Shown here in pieces: positions 41,669-50,954 of a stretch of DNA of 64,000 nt (positions within the stretch are counted from its first letter, which is position 1; each line of letters begins with the position of its first letter). The stretch is from Monocercomonoides exilis PA203 (lineage: Eukaryota > Protista > Preaxostyla): assembly GCA_001643675.2 (NCBI GenBank), contig LSRY02000067.1, forward strand, positions 1 through 64,000, read 5' to 3'. A program made the translations under genes and the position numbers. The notes under the pieces were generated by a model. That model was not told the DNA's origin, searched no databases, and saw only the letters and a program-made list of their open reading frames with translations.

Positions 41669-44600
41669 ATGTCTTTTACGAAACCTCAATCAACTCTTAA
41701 TTCAAAATGCAAAGTTTTATGGAATGAAATTGAACGCATCGGTGGAGATGACGTTGATTCATTGCTTGTCTATTTGTTTTACACTTACAGGCAATCATCT
41801 TCAGTTATAAACAATTTGCTGAAGTCATTGAACGGTTTGATTTTTATTTTTTGAATTTTTATATAGAAAATTTTCTGAATTGTCATCCTTGTCATTTTCT
41901 TATTTTTTTGTTTATTATTTATTTTTTTTCTAACAGAATATCACATAAAGCTGCTGGAAGACCTGTCTGTGGTGTACAACAAATCTCCGTTGCACACTCA
42001 GACAACAATGCTACAGGCGTTGTGTAGAAACACATCATTATCCGATTTACAAGACTATGGATATGATGTGATAGAAGGCAAATTTATTTACGCGAAACAA
42101 ACATTAAAGAAAAACCAAGGATTTATCATCCCTCCTGAAAAACCTCATCTTCCGTTTTGCAAAAGTGGTTTGAATTTTCTAATATTTTTTATCAAATAAT
42201 TTTCTCTGTTTATTTAGGTTTGAATGAACAGGACTGGGAAAAGGGCAACAACTGGATGTTGGCCCATTCCACCGAAGCCTCCACTTCTCTCCAATCAGCA
42301 AAGAAAAAGCAGCGAACTGAGCCAGATTACGCTCGATATATCGATGAATCTGCTTGGGATGAAGAAATAATTACTGAAAATTCTGCTTCCAATAAAAAAC
42401 AATACTCTTCTTCTTCAACATCATTACAACAAAATAAAAAATCAAATGTCGTTTCAGAAAATAATTCTTCATCAACAAATACTTCACTTTCTCAACCTGT
42501 TGATACACCAATCAGCACTCCAATAAGGAGAGAAAGGGAGTCAACAAAAAGAAAAACAAACAAATCATGTCATAAGCGTTATTCTTCTCCTTCGCCCATC
42601 CCAATTCACAAATTCTTCAAAACAAAAAAATCATCAACTTCTTCTTCTCCACCTCCTCCTCCATCTTCTTCTTATTCTTCTTCCTCTTCTTCCTCTTCCT
42701 CTTCTTCTTCCTCTTCTTCCTCTTCCTCTTCTTCTTCCTCTTCTTCCTCTTCTTCCTCTTCTTCCTTAACTCCTCATTCATCCTCATCTTCAATAAAAAT
42801 AAAAAGAAAAGAGACAATCAATTCTTCTCCAGCAGATGAAGCAATTTCATCTTTTAACAACGAAAATATTTGGGTGAGTGGTCAACTAACGGAATATGTC
42901 ACTTCACCCACTCTTATTCCTCCTCGCGCATTCCAAAATCTTTTCTCATCTTTCACAAAAGAGAACAACACTTCAGCACAACTACCAAATTCAAAATGCA
43001 TGTCAAGCGACAATTCAACAAATATTGATTCATTAATTTCTTCTTCATCCAAAGCAACAGCAATTGATTTTAAATCCACACCTAATATTCCATTAAAAAC
43101 AACAAAAGGGTTAGCAAATCTTGGAAACACATGTTACTTGGCATCTCTTTTTCAGTGTTTTTCTTCAATCACTTCACAAAAGCCAACGATCTTCACAAAA
43201 TCACATTCAAACAAGACTTTATCTTCTCAAATTTTGAGTATTTGCAGACAAATCCTTAAAGATAAATCAAAAGTGCATGCATGGATCCCATCGTTTGTCA
43301 GAAGATGGGAAAAATTTTGTGGATACGGAAGCAAGCAGCAGCAGAATGTGTCAGAAGCATTCGATAATCTTCAAAAACTATTTGAAAAAGACGGATTATT
43401 AAAGCATGATAGTTTTAATCCGGTTATAGTTTCACACAGGAAATGCGTCAAATGTCATAAACTCACATCACAAATCGATGAAATCGAAAACAACGTAATC
43501 ATCAATTCTTCATCTACTCACAATGGTTTATCTTCTCTATTTTCAACTGAAATACTAGATGGAAAAAACAGCGTAAATTGCGATGAGTGCAAAGAAAAAT
43601 GCTGCGCAGCTCGGTGGGAGGTAATGATTTCATTTCCAGAGGTTCTAACCCTCTCTCATGAATGTGCTGATCTTGCCAGTTCTCCACCTTCTCGAACACT
43701 TTTAATCGAGACTGACATACCAGACAAACATTCATTTTGCAAAGGATTTGCAAATGAAAAAGATTCAACATTTCACAAACACAATAAAGAAACATCATTC
43801 TATCATTTCATTGGCCAAGTTCTTCACAAACAGTTTGATAACAGTAATGGTCATTACATTGCTGTTGTGGAAAGAAAGAAAGGAATTAGAAAGATGTGGA
43901 TCACCTGTAACGATGATGATATTAAAGAATTTGATAGTTACAATTGGACAAAGACTTGGAAAGAACTTTGCGCACAGGGTTACACTCCTTCACTTTCATT
44001 CTACGTTAAAGAAAACTCACTATCTACACATCCAACTATTCAATTTGGTGGTTCATATGTTTCTTCCTCCTCTTCTCAATCTCCAAATATAAACAACACA
44101 AACACAGATTCAACTCCATCGTCATCATTCATCACACCACCTCCTCGAACAACTTCCATTTCACAACTTTCTTCATCAATTACATCTTCATATGGATTGG
44201 AAGCACTAAAAGAAATAAGAAAGAAAACGGGCATCTTTTCTCCCAACGAAAAGAGATTAATCTTCAAGCCCAAGACTAAATTATGGAAAGAGTTTACAGA
44301 AGAAACAAACATCAAAGTTTCTCTGTCACACTTCTACAAACTAACTACCAACTTCTCGAAAGCGAAAAGGCGTACAGATCTTTGTGGAATGTGCGAGAAA
44401 CTCAATTATCTGGAAAACAAATTGAAGTCATCGCAAAACAAAAATGGACTTTCTCCTGCAGAATTTCAGACTCTTAAACTTCTTCGTCAACACCGACTTG
44501 TTGCTGAAATGCAACGAAAACACTATCAATCAACTGTTGATGATTTGAAAGAGGGAGAAGCAGTCTTTGTCTTCGACTTCAAAGAGAAATGGAAACTCCC

Positions 44601-45490
44601 TATTAGAAAGAACCAACTTCAACAAGAATTCTTCAACTATCAACAAGTTTCTCAATTCACAATCATCTCACTTCAAAAAAAAATAATCAACCAATTAAAA
44701 GAACATTCAACTTCTTCTCCGACTGCCTCTCAAATGATCACAGATTTGTTATTGAGTGTCTGGAATCTGTGATCAAAAGGCACTTCTTCACAGACACTCA
44801 CGCTTTTAAGTTCATCTGCGATTCGGGTCCTCAAAACCGAAATCGCTTCCTTCTTCACTTCATCCTCTCCAAACAATCAAAACTTTTGAAAAAGAAAAAC
44901 ACTCAACTCAACTTCTTCGCTGAGCACCATGGAAAAAATATCTGTGATAGTGAATTTGGTGCGTTAGTGAATGCAATCGACAACAATCTTTCGACTGAAC
45001 ACATCACCACACTTCATGATTTGATCAACTTCTTCGAAAACAACATGAATAATTCGACATCAGCTTCTTCAACTTCTCAAAAAACATTTTCTCAACATCA
45101 TCATCAAACTCTTCACCATCTTCAACATCTGTCAATAACTTTGAACATGAGAGGTACTTTGAAGAATATGTGCCGTCTCAACAAATCTCATGGCCGTCAT
45201 TGTCAGTCCCTCATATGAAGGACTACTTGTATTTTGAGCGCAAGGGCTCATTTGTCTGTGCTTCAGCTGTTGGATATCTTCCTCAACGCTCTCTGGTTGC
45301 CCTCGAATCTTCGACAATGAAAGAAAAAATCCAAAGATCAAGAAAGTCATTTCACTCTGATATCACATCATCTAACTCTTCTCTTCTTTCTCAATCTTCT
45401 CAAGATCTTTTTTCAAGGAGATTTGAGCTTCTTCTTGACTCTTCTTCTATTAATGAATCTCAACATTGTTCTTTTGGTGTCCCCTATTAA
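41669..45490 (+). CDS. Spliced Sola-like transposase with an embedded USP (peptidase C19) domain; two frameshifts in the catalytic half
   Basis: Introns 41835-41936 and 42168-42217 restore the frame. USP boxes: GLANLGNTCY, QQQNVSEAF, GHYIA, WITCNDD. Transposase motifs: RRTDLCGMC..H, VFDFKEKW, CDSGPQNRN, HHGKNICDSEFG. Frame slips at the A9 run 44675-44683 and near 45080. Confidence 0.82.
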
Positions 45491-45494
45491 GAAA

Positions 45495-45640
45495 CTAGTT
45501 GTTGTGTATGCTTAGCTGGCACTCTATCGGAAGGGTGCTGGACATGACTGTTCGTATTAGATATTGCAGCCTTCGGGCTGCTTTATCCGGACCTGGATAC
45601 GACGAACAGCCTCCCAGGTGCACAATAGTTAGAATCCGAT
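45495..45640 (+). ncRNA. Putative structured RNA with a UUCG hairpin and a pseudoknot; family unknown
   Basis: Five stems paired by hand, with G-U pairs that work on the + strand; loop AUCGGA is complementary to downstream UCCGAU. Confidence 0.55.
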
Positions 45641-46323
45641 TGTTTTCTTGTGCTTTTTGTCCCTATATTGTCCCTGTAATTAAATATGTCATTGTCCCTA
45701 TTATTATTGTATTTATCGAGATTCATTAATAGAGAGAGTTGTGAGGGAATTCATTGATCTTTGGGAAAGGTTTTTGGAAGGGAGAGTTGTTGAGAGTGCG
45801 ACGTGATGTTTCATCATTGTATCTGTTTTTTTTCTTTGTCGGATTTGATCTTTTTGAGTCAAAGTTAGAGAAATATCAGAAAGTGTAGAGTGGATAAAAA
45901 ACAGATGGAAATTAGACAAGTTAGTTTTTGAACTTTTTATATAAGAATTCTTTTTTGTTTGGAATTGTCTTTGATACCATGAATTTGTTGAAATAGAACT
46001 GTTTTTTCTCATATCTTTTATTGTTCAAAATTGTTGATATTAAGTTGATATTTGGTGATTGCTTAATGATTATATGATTGAATTATGTTTTATTGAAAGT
46101 TGATGAATCTGATTCGAAATTTTCTGACTGTTTTCAATTTTATTTATGATTTATATCATGAAGAACTTTTTGTTTTTTAATGTCATTTTGATAGGTGAAC
46201 GATTGTTATTATTAAACGTATTTTTTATTCATTTCACAAAGTTCATTTTTCCACAATTTTGCAAAAAATAAAATCTGAACATATCAAACAAAATGGAAAA
46301 AAAATTGACTGTAAATATAATTG

Positions 46324-46357
<34 letters not shown>

Positions 46358-49254
46358 CCCTGGGTGACGTGAGGGAAAAAATACTCCACGTCCGTCACCA
46401 GTTTTCCACTTGCAAAAAAAAAAAAAAAAAGGAGAGAGAGAGAGAAGGTTTATATTTTAATATATATATAATTCTTTATTTCATCATTCAGCCAAAATCT
46501 CATGAATTTTTTTATTGAAAGAAATCTTTTGAATAATGAAACCCATAATAATATGATAAGGTTTTGATCCATGCTTTGATTATCATCTTGTGAGAAATAC
46601 ATATGTCTAACATAACGGTGTAATGTTTCTTTTTCGTGGTTTTGTCTTATTATTATTTCATCTCAATTGATTGAATCCAAACAAATGTTTATTCAATACT
46701 TATGTGAAAATAGCCCAACTGTCTGAAAGCAATTGCATTGTTAACAATCAGACCAAGAATAAACCTGAAAAGTTAACAGGTGTGCAATGTACTTGTGTTT
46801 GAACACTGATGAGTGGATTTCTTTCTTTGTTTTTTGTTTTTCGAAGTATTATTTTCTAAGCTGTTGCGTTGTTTAAACAATGGGAAAAAAAACATGCAGA
46901 TAATCATTGAAATGAATGAAGTTATGTGGGAAATGGAACGAAAAGAATTTGAATCCGTTTTTGCCGCAGAGATGCTCGATAAAATGGATGAAATGATTGG
47001 CGAAGGGAAACTCTCGACAGGGAATTCTATTGTGTTATTAAAAAATATGCAGCGTTGCTAAGCAATGAAGTGCCTGAATATCTAAAGTTTTGAAAATTCT
47101 TCGTTAAACGAAAGATTTTGAAGAAAGATTTTTGAAGAAAAAAAGAAGAAAGTTAAGAACGAAAAGCTTTTGGTTGAACTTTGCGAATGCCAGTTACTCT
47201 TATCTGCTTCTTTCCACCAAAACTGAAACAAATTTGTGTGCCTTGCCTTCTGAAAGTTGCGTTGAAGAAAAAGGAATCCAAGGAAACCCAAAAAGAAATG
47301 GAAATATCTTTGCTAGCACTGAGCAATATTGTATTAAGTGTATGCTTATTTCTATTTCATTTTTGAAGTTATTGATTTTTTCCGATTTTTATTAGGAAGT
47401 GCCAAAAGAGCAATATCTGAATGAAATTAAAGAGCTGATCAAAAATCATCAGAAATATCTCAACCTCACTCAACTTGTGTATCAATCAGCTTGGGAGTTT
47501 TAAATTGATTGATTTTTCAAAGATAGAAATTTGGAAGATGCGATTGAAAATGAACTCCATTTTGCGAGAGAGGCAACAAGAGGGCTGGAAGAATTGGTTG
47601 CATGCATTGATTGGAAGAGAGAGAAAGAAGAAGAAATAGGAGCAAAAACTAAAGAAGTGGAAATAATTGTGAGATGGCTTGAAGTGATTATGTCTTTTTT
47701 TATTTGAAACTGAATTTCGAAACGAAGAATATTTTAGACTAATCAGCAGCAATGTTTGGGTGTTAAGAAAATCAAAAGCTATTTTTTTTGTGGAATTTGC
47801 AGGAAACGCATTTGGTACATAAGAGCAGAAGTGTATTATAGAGCCATTAAGATTGACAACTTGTTGAAAGAATGAGCTGTTGAAGCTGTTTTGGATGAAA
47901 TTCAACAATCAGCATTAATAGGCAAAAGCGCAAATTATTGTTTGAAATTCTTTCTGAATATTACAAGTCGATTGAAAGAAGATAAGAATGATGAAATAAA
48001 TGATGTGAAAAGATAATCAATAAAAAGAAGACATTTGAAAAGATTGATAAAAAGAAATATGAAGATGAATTCGTTTGCTTTCAAGAAATATTTTATTTTT
48101 TTCACAGAAAGAATTGTATTGTTTTTGATTGCAATTAAGTATTTCTTCATGAAAAAAAAAGATTGACGAAATGAGAAACAATTCATTTTGAAACCTAACC
48201 TTTTTGTTTGTTTGTTTGTTTTTTTTATCATTTCACAAAATAGAAAATATTTATTTTATGTTTTGATAATTGCTATTTTTTATTGTTTCAAATAAATAGA
48301 GCGAAATGATAACAACATAACAAAGAAAAAACAAAACAACATGTTTTTTTAAACTTTCTCATTTTCTTTGACTCTTCAAAGACAATTTTCCTCAAAAAAT
48401 TGTTGCATTTGCCTTCATTGATTTGTTTGTTTTTGAATTATTTCTTTTGCAACTCATATTATTTATATGCCTTTTCTCTTCTTCGATTGCAATTTCAATG
48501 CATCCAGACAGAAAGCCTGCAACCGCTTTGCCCACTATCAAAAATCATTTTTTGACTTTATGAAAGCTAATATGATTCTTTTCGTTGTCTTATTTATAAA
48601 AAGAACCTATTTTCATATGTAATGTTTGTGATAGTTCTGTATGAGAGCAAAAAACGAAGAAAGATGACATTTAATAAAAATTAGTTTTGTTTTGTCCCAA
48701 TGATGATCGTCATATCGTGTGTGGAGAACAGTTTAATGAGTTAATCAAATAATGAACAATTCAGCGACTTAAGCATCAAATTCGCTTCTTCAAAGCAAAT
48801 ATTTGGAAAATGTTCTATCATAGAAAATTCTCCTCCTTGATTTTTGGTTTAAATTCTGATCATTTGTGAAAATATGAGAATAAATAAAAATTACATGAAT
48901 TGTAATGGTTGTGACAATTAGAAAAAATAAAAAACTCTCATTTTCAAATCTTGACAAGTTTGTTCAATTCTTATGCTCCTTTTAATGTCTTTTTCGTATA
49001 AATGACTGGAATTGACTTTTGACGTCACTGACTTCAGTGACGTGCCAAAAATCCGATCACCGCTTACACGTCAGTAAAAAATTCATAATGGAAAATTTGA
49101 TTTTCAATATTTACAAAAAAATTATTTTGGAAAATATTCATTTTTTTTGAAACAATAAAACAATAATGTTGGTTTTGCTTTGTGACGTGGAAATTTTTGT
49201 CACGTCCGTCAAAAATCGAAAACTTCACGTCAGAAGTCAGTACGTCACCCAGGG
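46358..49254. mobile_element. Nested non-autonomous piggyBac-like element inside a (TA)n tract
   Basis: TTAA|CCCTGGGTGACGT ... ACGTCACCCAGGG|TTAA: 13-bp TIRs with TTAA at 46354-46357 and 49255-49258; no transposase ORF inside. Confidence 0.85.
46780..48130 (+). pseudogene. Decayed copy D of the E/K-rich family, inside the piggyBac-like element
   Basis: Remnants NEKLLVELCEC, ICVPCLLKVALKKKES..EMEISLLALSN and ENELHFAREA, with stops and frameshifts. Confidence 0.8.
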
Positions 49255-49303
<49 letters not shown>

Positions 49304-49369
49304 CAAAATTAAATACAAAAACCAACAAAAAATTAACATTTCATAAAAATATGTCTATTAGAGAATCTC

Positions 49370-49973
49370 GATCACAAAAGTGGTCACTAATTTATCTTAA
49401 GATTTTGCAACAAACAGACATTAAAAGATGTGGGGAAGCGGTTTGTGCGGAAATCTGAGAAAAAATTAGTGACCACTTTTGTGATCGCCAGTCATTTTAA
49501 TTTTCAGTTTTATAATAGTTCCGATCGTTCAACGGATCAAATCTGATGAGAACCTTAATAAAAGTGTTTTTCTAAATGACTGGCGATCACAAAAGTGGTC
49601 ACTAATTTTTTCTCAGATTTCCACGCAGACAGCTTCCCCACATCTTTTAATGTCTGTTTGTTGCAAAATCCGAAGATAAATTAGTGACCACTTTTGTGAT
49701 CGAGATTTTTAATTTCACATATTTTCAGGAAAATGGAACGTATTTATAATTTTTTGTATTTTATTGTGTCAAAAATAAATATGCATTAATTTTCATGTGG
49801 ATATTTTTGTGAGCAAAGCGCAAAGCAATTAATGTATTTGAACCATATTCTCATTTTATTTCTATTAAAAAAGCTGCAATAATAGCAACCAATACGATTT
49901 TTTTCATAAATAATTTGTCGGCCCGAGATGGAATATCAGTGAAAATGAAAGAATAATAATTCATCTTTCAGAA
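49370..49973 (-). repeat. Right TIR
   Basis: Reverse complement of 40752-41355. Confidence 0.95.
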
Positions 49974-50549
49974 GTATGTCTGTAAGTGATTCTATTTTAA
50001 TGAGTATTTCTTTGACTTTATTTTTTGTTTCATCATGGTTAATTGGTTTTTTCTACATTATTAATAATTCAATCTAACTTTTTTTTGATTCTCTATTTTG
50101 ACTTATTATTTCTTTGAATATACTCTGAACTTATCTTCATTGATTTTTAGAATTTATTTATAAATTTATTCATCTGACTTTTGGATTTTTTTTTTCATGT
50201 TTATCGTATAATGATAGCTATTTATCGTGACACAACGTGCATTGAAGATGGAGAAAAAAAGATGAAAGCAAATTAACTAAATAATGAAGAAATGAATTTC
50301 TTTTTTAATTGAAAAAGATTTTTGAAGAATTAACAGTTCACTTGAAATGAAGTTTAATTTTTGTTGGATGAAGATGAAGAAAGAGAACATGACGATAGAG
50401 TTCAGAAGAATCAGAAGGAAATATATTTTCTGAATGAAATCATAGCAAAGAGAAAAGAAACAGGAGCAAAACCATTTGAAAATTGATTCGTACTAGCTAA
50501 TTAGCATATTCAAAAGGTGAATGAATAAAAAATCAACTTCTTCGTTGGA

Positions 50550-50954
50550 AGCACTACTGTAAATGGCAGAGGAAATGATGTGTTCTTCAGTGGAAGCAGC
50601 ATAACCCAATCACCATTTGAGAATTGTGGTTCAACAACTCAAACTAAAAGAGTGTGGAATGCCGGAACTGCTGACAATGAAACTTTCAATGGCTGGCTCC
50701 ACCTCGTTGCCCAGAACAAAATCGTTGCCAGCAATGGAACTGATGTCGATGCCTGTGGCAGACCCCAACAGACCCCATGTGCCACCATCGAGTATGCCCT
50801 CACCGGCTTCATTTCCCTCCTCCAAGACGCCTCTCTCACACTCCTCGCCTCAACATTTGTTCCCACTCAAACACTCACTTTCAGCGCTGTTGACACTAAA
50901 ATCACCGGAAACGGCACAGATGCCACCACCATCGCCTCCAGTAGCATTCATTAA
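50550..50954 (+). pseudogene. Surface-protein family fragment, paralogous to 60090-60445
   Basis: NDVFFSG..CGSTT..KRVWN..QNKIVAxxGxDVDACG..CATxExAL occurs at both loci. Confidence 0.65.

Larger units (their letters stand above)
40752..49973 (+). mobile_element. 9.2-kb Sola-like DNA transposon with 604-bp TIRs
   Basis: 40752-41355 is the reverse complement of 49370-49973 (no mismatch found by eye); the repeats enclose a transposase gene. Confidence 0.9.

Noticed and set aside
45495-45640. Assignment to hammerhead, HDV, twister, snRNA, SRP, tRNA or riboswitch families
   Set aside because: Diagnostic conserved cores were not found by eye, so it is left unclassified.
40752-49973. Fanzor/TnpB nuclease, tyrosine recombinase or Polinton genes within the element
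   Set aside because: No RuvC, tyrosine-recombinase, polB or capsid motifs were recognised in the ORFs.
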